DNA from: Sphyrna mokarran
Taxonomy: Eukaryota
Direction: 5' to 3'
Assembly: GCA_024679065.1 (NCBI GenBank)
Contig: JAGIQG010000028.1
Coordinates: forward strand, 11,160,001 to 11,224,000
DNA: 64,000 bases
The notes beneath the pieces are model-generated. The model saw only the letters and a list, made by a program, of their open reading frames with translations, ran no database searches and was not told where the DNA came from. This document shows positions 52,923 to 64,000 of the stretch, piece after piece. The first letter of the stretch is position 1, and every line of letters begins with the position of its first letter. The translations under genes and the position numbers were made by a program.

Positions 52923-53636
52923 TGAAACTAGAGCACTCTGAGAAAACCCACACAGGTGCAGGGAGAATGTGCAGACTCTGCACAGACTGCGACCCAAGCC
53001 AGGAATCAGACCCAGGTCCCTGAAGCTATGAGGCAGCAGTACTATCCACTGTGTTACCCGTGTGTGTTCAGGTCCTGGCAAGTAAGTGAGTGTGTAAGGA
53101 ATTTTAACATTGATCAGCAAATCAGAAATGGATGAATAAAGCATGGTTGCACAGTCAATTGGTCTATATTAACAAAAGTGAAAATGGGAAATAATGTAAG
53201 TGAGATAATCAACCATTCACTAAAAGTATGCAGGCAGTATGAAGGTATTATTAATAAGGCTCATCAAGTACCAGGGAGCACATTAAGGCTGTTTGATTAT
53301 AAATTCAATGAATATTTTAGCCCTGTATAAAGCATCAAAAAGGATGCATTAGAAGCTACTAACTTGGGCATTCTCCAGAATTATGTTGAAATATTGGAAA
53401 GAGTTCGGGGACAATTCTGGAATTAGGATTTTAAATTATAAACAGAAAGTTAAGAACTGAGTTTGTTTTCAATGATGGAAAGATGATTGCAAAGATGCCT
53501 TGTACAGTAGACTTACAGCTGGACTCAAAACCTAGACACTTATAGTTCAACTGTGGCAAGTTGCAAAATTAAATTCAATAAATCCGGTCATTTGTTAGCT
53601 AGCGTCAGGAAAAACTGGACACAAACATTATGGTTT

Positions 53637-53952
53637 TAGAATCATAGAATCCCTACATTGCAGAAGGAAGCCATTTGGCCCATCGAGCCTGTATTGACAA
53701 CAATCCCACCCAGGTTGTGTTCTTGCAGTCCTAGGTATTTAACCTGCTAATACCTTGACACTAAGGGCAATTTAGCATGGCCAATCCACCTAACCAGCAC
53801 ATCTATACTGTGGGAGGAAACCAGAGCATCTGCTGCAAACCCACACAGATATGGGAAGAATGTGCAAAACTCTTCACAGACAGTCACCTGAGGCCAGTAT
53901 TGAACCCGTGTCCCTGGTGCTGTGAGGCAGCAGTGCTAACCACTGTGCCACC
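53637..53952 (-). mobile_element. HE1-like V-SINE
   Basis: tagaatcatagaatccctac..gtgaggcagcagtgctaaccactgtgccacc. Confidence 0.9.
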
Positions 53953-54859
53953 ATCTTGCCCCCACTATGCCCACCGTTGTTGTGAAAACCATAATGTTCA
54001 GAGATGGGACTCACTGAGCAGAAACCTTCGAATTAATGAGCACATGCCAGGTCATTTCCTAATTCCTGACTTAGGAAAGTCAGCTCATTCACCTGGAAGT
54101 TTCATTCGGACTCGGGGAGGGCTGGATTTGAGGCCGCCATCTCCCAATATAAATCTGTAGTGACAACAGAAGGACAATTGCATAGACAGGCAGATGAAAA
54201 AGCCTGCCTTTGTTCACTGGAGCATTAGCACAGTTCTCTATATAATGGTTAGGCCCCCTACTCTCACCCTTCCATTATGAAGTCCTGTGTAGGACTCATG
54301 AGTATATAAACACTAGGAAGATCTTGAAATGCTCAGAACACAAACAAACAGCCATTCAAACACCAGTTGAAGTTCATAAAACAATCCATTGAAACCTCCC
54401 TTTGAAAAAATATTCAGGGATGAAATTTCATTGTTGAGGCATGAGCACAAAGTTGGGAAGACGCCTTACTTCACAAACTCAACCTGGGAGAAAGTACCCA
54501 GAATTTCATTTATTTTTGTTCTGGTGAGATGGCCCTAATAAATGAAACATTCCATTCAAGTACCTAATTCCTCATGAAAACCCATTTATATTCAGAGCCA
54601 CCATCAAACGCTTTATGATGACCTGTCATCAAACTATGAATTGGCAGGCATTTTTATGTGTTAATGATAGCTTGTAGAATCAGTCATGCAATACTGATCC
54701 TATAATGATAGCTCCCAGGCTTACGTCAACAAACACATTGAAATTTCAAAACCTGATTTTTTTTTTAAACTGCAGACTTCTTAAAAATATTTAAAAGGCA
54801 GCAGATTTAAATGCCTGCACAATGTGAGAGTTCGAAAGAGCTTATCCACTTACGCACAT

Positions 54860-55200
54860 AATATGTAGGAGCAGAAGTAGTTCAATTGGCCCATCAAGTT
54901 TGCTCTCCTATTCAATGAGATCATGATTAGTCTTAATCCTCAACTCTGCATTCCCACTCTATCCCCATAACTCTCAATTCCCTTACTGATTAAAAATTTA
55001 TTAATCTCAATCTTGAACATATTTAACAGCCCAGCCTCTACAGCCCTCTGTGGTAAAGAATTCTATAGATTCACTATCTTCTGAGAGAGGGAATTCTTCC
55101 TCATCTCTACTTTAAATTGGTGAGCCATTAATCTAAGACTCTGCCCACTATTCCTAGACTCTCCCATAAGGGGAAGCAACCACTCATCATCTACCTTGCC
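54860..55200 (-). mobile_element. CR1 LINE 3' end
   Basis: taggagcagaagtag..ctctgtggtaaagaattc..cctagactctccc. Confidence 0.8.
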
Positions 55201-56489
55201 ATTCCCAAAGGGATACCTAGACGTATCCAAAAGGGATCCATGGACTTAATAAAAACAGTATTCTACCTCTCCAGATAGGTCCAGCAGTTTTACACCTTTT
55301 CCTCGAAAGACATATAAATTGTGTTTTTGACATCCAGGTAATGCAGATTGGATCTGTTTGGATGGGTGCTTGGCTCACATTGGGATTTCTGAAATCTGGA
55401 CTCCAGTGTCATTTTGACTAAGTTGGATACTCTTTCAGTCCTTATGAAAATTCTTGCATCTCAAGTGCTCAATAATTTGTTAAAATGAACAAATAGCCAG
55501 TTAAAAACTTCAAACATTTAAGGGCTAATTTTCTCATTCCGCATGCCACGGGAATCATAGCGGGTGAGAGAGAGAGAGACCATGGAAAGGTCCATTGTTC
55601 TCGGGCAGGATTTTCCAGTTTTGAGACGAGTGTGGCTGGAAGATCCCGCCCAGAGTCTATTATCTGCTCATAAAACTGCCAGTTAAACAAAACGTATGGT
55701 TCCTTCCACAACTATGTCAACAACTCCTACTGAGGTAACTCCATTTGTATGGTTCGGAACTCAGCATGTATTTATAATGGAATTAGATGGCATAGCTAAA
55801 TAAAGAGAGCTTACTTCACTCAGTACGGTGAAGTATTTGAAATTGTCTGACCAGATGTATCCTTCTTTTCAAAGGCGCAATGTCATTTCAGTAAAGACGT
55901 CTGACATCTGTTCAATCTTTTCCCCCAAGTCTCACTGGATTTCCAGACTTTAATCAATTAAAATTCCATTTGTTAAAATTCAGTGTTGAAATCAAGAGTG
56001 TGCTTTAACCACTGGATGAAATACTCAAATGCTTGTGAATATGTGCACAATATTGGTGAGTTTAATGAGCACTTACCTTTTAAGTAAAGACCCTATGAGC
56101 AATCACTGCATTAAAAACATACTTAAATCATCATAAACCACCAGATTATGAAATTTGAAGTTGGCAAGACTTTTTAAACATAACTGTCAACAGATTACTG
56201 GTTCACAGCAAGGCTTCTGCCAAGGTTGACAAATTGACTTACCCAGTGCAGCCTTCAGAAACTAATCCACCTCAATGAAAATATCAGTCAGCAAAACTTC
56301 ATTTGCAGCCGGTACTTAAATGGTGATCTTGGCATCACTTTTACAACCCAGCAGACTTCTTACACACGGAAATGACCCATACACCTCCAATTCGAAACTT
56401 CTGATGCGACTTTGCTCAGAATCAGGAGGATGAAATGCAGCCCACTGGTTCTTATTGCATTTTTGCAGAATTGTCCTAATTTCTGCTCT

Positions 56490-56668
56490 CTGTGCGTGCG
56501 TGTATATGTATGCGTACTCATGTGTGTGTGCATGCATGCATATACGTGTGCATATATGTATGCGTACATGCGCATGTGTGTATGTGTGCACATGCACGTG
56601 TGTGCACTACGTATGTGTGTGTGTATGTGTGCGCGCGTGCGTACACATGCACGTGTGTGTGTGTGTGA
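56490..56668. repeat. Compound alternating purine-pyrimidine repeat (TG/CA/TA/CG)
   Basis: ~180 bp of nearly strict RY alternation. Confidence 0.92.
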
Positions 56669-59075
56669 GACAAAATCTATAGTCCACCCCTTTTATTTCT
56701 CCAAGCTACATAAATACAGTTTGATGAGGCTTACAGAGTTTTTTAAGGTCATCTTTTAGAGTAAATCATAATGGATTTACATATGTAACAAACATTTTTA
56801 AGCAATCATTTGAAGATTGCATACTATTAGATGTCTTTTAATCAGATACGTAGCCTAAATTGTCATAGCTTGACACCTGAAATTCAGGAAAATACTTTAC
56901 ATCTGAAATCCAAGATATCTTTATGTTCTTTGAGATTATATCCCCATTTACTGTTTTATTTGGTAACTAAATTTGTCTGTTGCTCTCTGAAATAAAAGAT
57001 TTTTCCCCTCAATCGCTTTCCCTACTTCTCTGAAGCTGCTTATAACTGCTGAGCTGTGTTTTTACAGGTACCAACAATCATCAGTCCTTAACAATATTTG
57101 CTGCTGGGATGTGGGCAAAGCCAGAAAAGTGAATACCTTCATTCATCCCTAGTTGTTCTGAGAAGGTAGCAACAGACCTTGCTTAAAATTGAATGGTTTG
57201 TTAAGTCATTTCAGAGGCAATGGAGAGGTATATCTCAGTTTAAATATGGTTGAGAAGATTCCCTTCTTAAAGGGGATTAGTGAACGTGAGTGATTTTTAT
57301 ATAAATGTTTGGTTTGTTCTTTACATTGTTATGATCCCAGTTGATGTTTCTACTAGTTAGGAAATTCCCAGACTGGAATCCACTCCAAAGACTATGGGCA
57401 GGACATTTCTCTCTCTGGATATTTCGCTCTCCCTCTCCGCAGTATTTTTGGCAGTAGTGGAAGACGGCGTGCCGTTTACTAACAACTAGATTTTGTGATT
57501 TCGTCATTGTCAATGGGATTTCCTGTTGAACAGACTGCCAGGAAACCCACTAGATTGTACTGTTGACAGGACTATAAGATCCCAACAGCATGAAAAGCAG
57601 CAAAACTTTGGCACCTAACTTTTACTTGTTTTTAGGAAAAATGGATGAACAAAGTCACAGGACTGATAATTAGCTTTTAACAACAGACTAGAGTATCCAT
57701 TCTTTGTGTTGCTCCACCATCATATAATCAAGTAATTACTGAAGTTGTCCAGTAAACGTAATGGCCAAAATATTCCATCACCGTTCATGGCTGGGATTTT
57801 CCTGTGACACTGAAAGTGAAAGGCGTTTTGGTTGGAATGGCTAATTTTCCGTTCTCACTCGCAATGTGTCTGGCCATAAACAAAACCGGAGAATCCTACC
57901 CAGTAATGAAAATGGAATAATGTTGAATCTGCCACTACCACCTTTTCAGAGAATGTTTAACATGTTCAACTGAGCTCTCTCTCTTTGCCGTTGTAACAGG
58001 AGGAGTGTCCCGTCATCTATTTTAAATGGGAAATGAATTAACACTGGTGTTAAAATAGCAGAGGAAGGAATTTCATTGCACACATTAATCACTCTTACAT
58101 TAGTATCTTGCCTATGTGTGCGATTCAGGGAATCTATCTTTCATGTGAACCACAACACAGAGCACAAGTTTAAATTAGCCACAAGGTATATGGTAAGTCA
58201 TCATCATAATGTTCAATTCTCCTGTTCTCAGCAGTCCGGTCTGGTTGGCAAGTAGATCTATTGGCTGGGACAGTCAAACAGCATGCTTTATACAGGACAA
58301 TTTGTTTTGCAAGTTGACATGACAAAACTAAATAACTGATGTACTCCATTGATTTGCTGTTTCCATACTACTTCCCAATTTTATTTTATAAGACAATCAT
58401 CATAGAAAGGGGGGGAATATTTTTGTACATTAGAGACTCTATTTTCCATTTTTTGTATCAGTGAGGGAGAAGAGGAGGGAAGGATTGTTGGTCACAGGAA
58501 ACAAGGCAGGACAGCAAGACCTTTGGAATGGAAACTAAATGCCATTGATGATCAACAGGATATTGACTTTGGGAGCTTCCTTCCTACTTCATTTGGATGC
58601 AGCACTTGGGTAGTTCTTTGTGGGAAGAAGAAAACAGCACCAGGGTTGGATTTCTTCAGGTGGATTGGGAAGTAGAAAGGAAGCAACCAAAGGCTGGAAT
58701 ATGGAGTGGTGATGGTAACTGAGAGGGAACAGTGGTAGATAAAATACTATGGTAGAACATTATGGAGAGGGGAACAAATACTGTGAGGATGACTGAAAGC
58801 TATTGGGCATAGTTTTCCCAGCCTGCTACGCTGTTCAAGTAGTGCAGCGGGCTAAGAAATGTCAGTGGGAACCCTGTAGTGGGATTCACAATCGACATCC
58901 AAGCTGATTGTGACTTCCCCAGGTTCTTTTTTCAATGTAATCAGTTTTGCACCAGAAATCAGCATGAGGCTGATTACCACATGGGTTATCACATGATTTA
59001 CCTACAAATCGTCATTTCCAATTCAATAATGTTTTCCATCCCGCCAGGAGAATTTCCCACCAGCGGGGATCACTT

Positions 59076-59790
59076 ATAGAACATAAAACAATACAGGTCC
59101 TTTGGCCCTCGATGTTGTGCTGAGCTATGTCTGAACCCAAGATCAAGCTATCCCACTCCCTATCATTCTGGCCTGTTACATGTACCTATCCAATAACCAC
59201 TTGAAAATTCCTAAAGTGTCCAATTCCACTATCACAGCATACAGTGCATTCCACATCCCAACCACTCTCTAAATAAAGAATCTACCTAGGACAACCCTCC
59301 TACATTTCCCGCCATGAACCTTATAGTTATGCCCCCTAGTAACAGCTACATCCACCCACGTCCTACATGCACGACCACTCTGTTTATCCCCCTCATCATC
59401 TTATAAATCTCTATTAAGTTGCTTCTGATCTTCCCCCACTCCAAAGAGAAAAGTCCCAGCTCCCTCAGTCTTTCCTGATAAGACCTACCCTCCAAACCAG
59501 GCAGCATCCTAGTAAATCTCCTCTACATTCTCTCCAATGCTTCCACATCCTTCTTATAGTGAGATGACCAGAACTGCATACAATATTCCAAATGTGGTCT
59601 CACCAGCGTCCAGTATAGTTGCAGCATAAGCCCATGACTCTTAAACTCAAACCCGCTGTTAATAAACGCTGACACACTATAAAGCCTTCTTCATGGCTCT
59701 ACCCATTGAGTGGCAACCTCCAGAAGGTCTGTGGATACGGACCCCAAAATCTCTGTTCCTCCATATTTCTCAGAACTCTGCTGTTGACCC
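59076..59790 (-). mobile_element. CR1 LINE 3' fragment
   Basis: tagaacataaaacaatacag tail; ccaggcagcatcctagtaaatctc; gaccagaactgcatacaatattcc. Confidence 0.9.
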
Positions 59791-60049
59791 ATCAACAGGG
59801 ACCAGGCATAAACAACTCGCTCGTGGGGCTAGAAGCCATTGAGGCTCCCTGGGAGCTTGGGAGGTGTTGCCCCTTAGGCAGTACCAGCCTGACACTCTGG
59901 CAGTGCCTGCTGGGCAGATAGGCATTGCCCACATGGCACCCTGGCACTGCTCACCATGTTGTGGGGGACAGAAGTGGGGGGGAACGGGCGACCTGTTGCG
60001 CACGCTCCGCATTAGGAATGGTGAGAAAGTTGAGGGAAGAGAGCAATTG

Positions 60050-60445
60050 AGACTGGCCATGGAGGGGAGGATTCAGACTTCTGATAGGGAAAGGAAATCA
60101 GGCTGACCATGTAGGGTATCAGGGATGGCATAGGTCGGGGGGATGTCAGATTGGCCATGGTGGGGGGTGTTGGGGCTGACCGTGGTGGGAGTGGTGTCAA
60201 TGGAGAGGGGGGATGTATCAGGGCTGGCCATGTTGGTGGGGGGATGTCAGGGCTGGCCATGGTGGGGGGAGGAGAGGTGGTTTTAGGGCTCTCCATGGTT
60301 GGGGAGGGCATAGAATATCAGGGACGCTGGCTATCCATGGGGGATCAAGGAGGCTGGCCATCAGGGATTGTGGGGAGTCATGGAGACCAGCGATTGAGTG
60401 CTGGGTAGGAGGAGTTGGAGGTCAGCAATTGGGAGACCAGTGATG
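60050..60445. repeat. Degenerate G-rich minisatellite (tcagggctggccatggtgggggg-like, ~26-28 bp)
   Basis: About a dozen recurring gg.tggccatg units followed by G-runs. Confidence 0.75.
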
Positions 60446-63349
60446 TTGGGGACCACTGCGCATGTGCCAATCTTCCCATTGACAGATTGGCATATACGCA
60501 GTGACACACTTGGTACACTGATGCTGGCTTCTTGGGCAGAACTAGATCTCAACCCCATTTACCAACGTGAATCCTTCCTCCCACACCATTTCTGCCCCCC
60601 CGCCACCCCACAACACTCTGTGGAGCACAGAGTGCCAGAAATCCATTCCAGTAATACAGTCAAAAAAAACCACATGGCACATGATCTTCAAAGCAATGTT
60701 AGAGATTCATTACACTTATCCAACAAAAGTGTGAATTTGATTCCAGTCGCAATCCTCAACTCAGTTAATGGAAACAATTAACATTTGACAAATACTGAAA
60801 CTAAAGTTCTGCATCATTTAGGCTATTTGTCTCGTGCTAAAACCATACACAGCGTAAAATCAGCAGCATGAAGTCAGACGGTTGAATCTATAGTTATCAA
60901 GAGAGACGTGAGAAATGGAACTTTCATGGGAACAGAGCTAGCTGTGAGGAGTCATTAATTAAGACCTCTGTTTAAAATGAGGAAGTATTTTGAGAGTGAA
61001 TAGTATAATTTCTGGAGAGTTAGTGATGAGGAGACATTAATGTATTATTATCAATAAAAGATTGAAAAAGAGAGGAGGGTTTGGACACTGAATGCTTTGC
61101 TGTAGGGAGAGAAAGAGACCATTTCACCTTTAAAACTAAAATTGGTCAAATATTTGAAGCAGGTAATTTGTGGAGAGAAAGGAGAAGTGCGTTATTTTTG
61201 GATTGCTGTAACCAAGAACTGGAATGGACTCAATTGGCCAATTGCATTGTGAACCACAATGGTTCCATATCCTCCTACCCGATGACCGCATTCTGACATT
61301 TTTGTAAAGGCCTTAATGATGCAAACAGTTAAGGAAAATTGTCACCTGTTGAATGTTGCCTTTTCCTGTAAAAAGAGAAGTAGGATACATTGAATAAGAT
61401 TAAATTTTGTAGAGAAATGAATGTTGTACCACTTTATATATGCAGCCAGTGCAACGAATGATGCAGTCATATACCTACTAGCAGTATATATAAAACTTGA
61501 CAGATCCTTTTCAGAATGTTAATGAGCAAGTAAATGTGTTGCATTCCAACATGGAATATGTGTTTTGAGAGACTTTATTTCTTCTTACTTATCTGGATGA
61601 AAGTAGTCTGCAGCCAGCTGTAGGCCTGAACAGGGAGGTCTGGCACACTCCCCAAAGTAGACCTCTACATACTCAGTTACATACTGAGCTATTGGTACCT
61701 ACCATGTTGCAATAGGAAGTTTGCCTGAGACATTAATTTTGGGTAGCCCTCTGGCTTTGGGTATTGGATAAGTGGAGAGGTGGGCCAATGATCAAGACTG
61801 TGAAGTCAGAGAGAGCACTCATATTCCCCCTGACTCCACACCAAAATTTAACAAAAAAACTAACATTTCTTTCATTGCCAGCCATAGGAGTTCCAACATG
61901 AGATCACTCTGAAAACTTATTTTAAAGGAGGTCTCTTCAATAGGCTATTAAAACTTAGGTTGCACATTAACAAGTTTAAAAAACTTAGTTTCTGATTTAG
62001 AAATATTCCTCAAAATAACCTCTATAAATTAGCAGTGGGCCAACGTCTTCACCTGATCACATCCATCCCACTGCCAAATAGGTATATTTTGCACCCATTT
62101 AAACTCAAGAAATAAATGCAACATATATCAATTTTTACTCCAATACCTTTTATTATATAACATTTGTGGTGCACGTGCATTGTGTGAATGGATGACCACA
62201 TTAACTAAGCTCGTCTTTAAATCATGGCTGACATCAATCACCTCTCTGGATTATCACTGATATTAATGTAAAATAAATGTATAGTGCAACATGATGTAAG
62301 ATAATTGAAAATCAGACCCAGATATTGCTAAGTAAGGTCATTACTGGCTTAAGTCCCATTTAGAGTTGTATAGGATAATTGCATAATGTTCTTACTCAGA
62401 TAGTCTCAGTGGTTTAAATCAGACACCTTGTATGTATCTTTCGAAGTACCATCTGGGTCATTTTATTGACTTTGTCAGTGATTGACTGTCAAATCTTCAG
62501 GACTTGTCGTTTCTCTGTTGGTGCCTTTCAGAACCATAACGGGTGTTCCTTTGGCAAGGTGACTAAAATCCCCAAGGCACTGTAAGTAAATATAGCTTTT
62601 CTGCATTAATATACAGGCAGAAAATGCTGGAAAAACTCAGCAGGTCTGACCGTATTTGTAGCAGGAGGAACAGAGGCCTGAATTTAATGTTGAGGTTATT
62701 GGGCAGTTTTGTTTGGTGGGACCATAAATGGATGTGTATATGCATTGATTAGCCAATTGACTGCTGGCCAAAATGAAACACATGCTGTCAGAGGCTCTGC
62801 ACTACCAGGAGCTGTGGAGGAGCTGCAATGATTGTCGCTGCCACTTGGGCTCCCTGAAGACTGGTATGTGTGGAGGAACTGTTGAGCAAGATGTCATGAT
62901 CTTTAAAGGGGTGGACAAGTGTGGTGGTGTAGTCTGCAGGAATGTGTGGCTGAGATGACACTGGCAATATCTTCTGGTCCCAGAGCCCATGCCAATTCTG
63001 TTGGAAGTTGCCATAGCCAATTGTCCTCCCACTTTTTGGATCAGTGCCTGTGGGTTCTGCTGGAGGCTGAGAGTTAACATCGGGAGACATTGGCACAAGA
63101 CAGAAAAGGAGGGCCCTCCACGCTTAACTAAGAAATCATATGCAGAGATGTTAAATTGCTGGTCTGCATTGTGATGTAGTCAAAAAGACCTGACTGCAGT
63201 GTAAAGACCTGAGCACAAGAGGCCTATCTTCAGGTTTTTTAAATACTGCATGTGTGTAGACGGGATGAATGGCATGTTTGGAAAGGTAAAATGCCACAAT
63301 GCGATGGGCACCTAAACCTGTGACTTTGCAAAGAGGGTGGAATGTTACG

Positions 63350-63575
63350 GTATGCCAGAGGTTGATGAATCTGTGGAATTCATTGCCACAGAAGACTGTG
63401 GAGGTCAGGCCATTGAGTATATTTAAGACAGAGATAAGTAGGTTCTTGCTTGTTAAGGGGATCAAAGGTTATGGGGAAAAGGCATGAGAATGGGGTTGAG
63501 AAACTTATCAGCCATGATTGAATAGTGAAATAGACTCGGTGAGCCTAATTCTGCCTCTATTTCTTATGGTCTTAG
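63350..63575 (+). mobile_element. CR1 LINE 3' end
   Basis: gaatctgtggaattcattgccacag..cctaattctgcctctatttcttatggtctta. Confidence 0.88.
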
Positions 63576-64000
63576 CTACAGCCAGAGGACGAATAAGAGC
63601 AATATTGTCCGTGCAGGAGAAAAGGAGTCAGGAGTGAGGATGAACAGATAGTGCTTTCCTAATCTGTTGCTGCTTATAGCGGAGATGCAGATCCTGGAGA
63701 TGGTGTTTGAATGTGGAGCAAGCTTCACAGGTTGCTGTGAGGCAGGGGCTTTGGAGGAGAGTAAGAGCACAGTGGATGAGGAGGAGATTGGAGAAGAATA
63801 TGAGGGATGTACAGCAACAGCTGTGAGATTAACAGGGTGAAATCTGCTAATCTTCCATGCTCATCCATTCTGCCTTTGCGCAGCTAGATGTTCATTCTGA
63901 GAAGATACCAGAATGTGTGTACTGTGAATTATTAATGCTACTGAAGACCTAACATATATTTTTCCCAGTTCAGATGGATCACCCTCCAAACTGCAGAAGG

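Larger units (their letters stand above)
58805..60650. mobile_element. GC-rich non-autonomous DNA element split by a CR1 insertion
   Basis: gggcatagttttcccagc left end and gccagaaatccattcc right end; GGCANTGCC array and G-rich minisatellite inside. Confidence 0.5.

Overview
Eukaryotic, repeat-dense genomic DNA, most likely from a shark (inferred from HE1/V-SINEs, SacSINE1-like DeuSINEs and HER1/CR1-type LINEs). The only host coding sequence I can support is one 117-bp internal exon of acyl-CoA thioesterase 7 (ACOT7, + strand, 41996-42112). I found no neighbouring ACOT7 exon, so the rest is probably two very large introns. They are filled with CR1 and Rex1/Babar LINE fragments, three SINE families, palindromic Penelope-derived elements with decayed minimal hammerhead ribozyme cores, a fossil two-gene Harbinger transposon with probable non-autonomous relatives, and simple repeats. 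I see no rRNA, true tRNA gene or CRISPR array. The most notable items are a young CR1 copy whose 3' UTR ends in a captured V-SINE, the hammerhead-bearing hairpin just downstream of the ACOT7 exon, ~22-bp-phased GGCANTGCC palindromes in the non-autonomous elements, and a CR1 with twin-priming geometry. I see no convincing new protein-coding system. Repeat family names come from motif recognition rather than a database search, and repeat boundaries are approximate.
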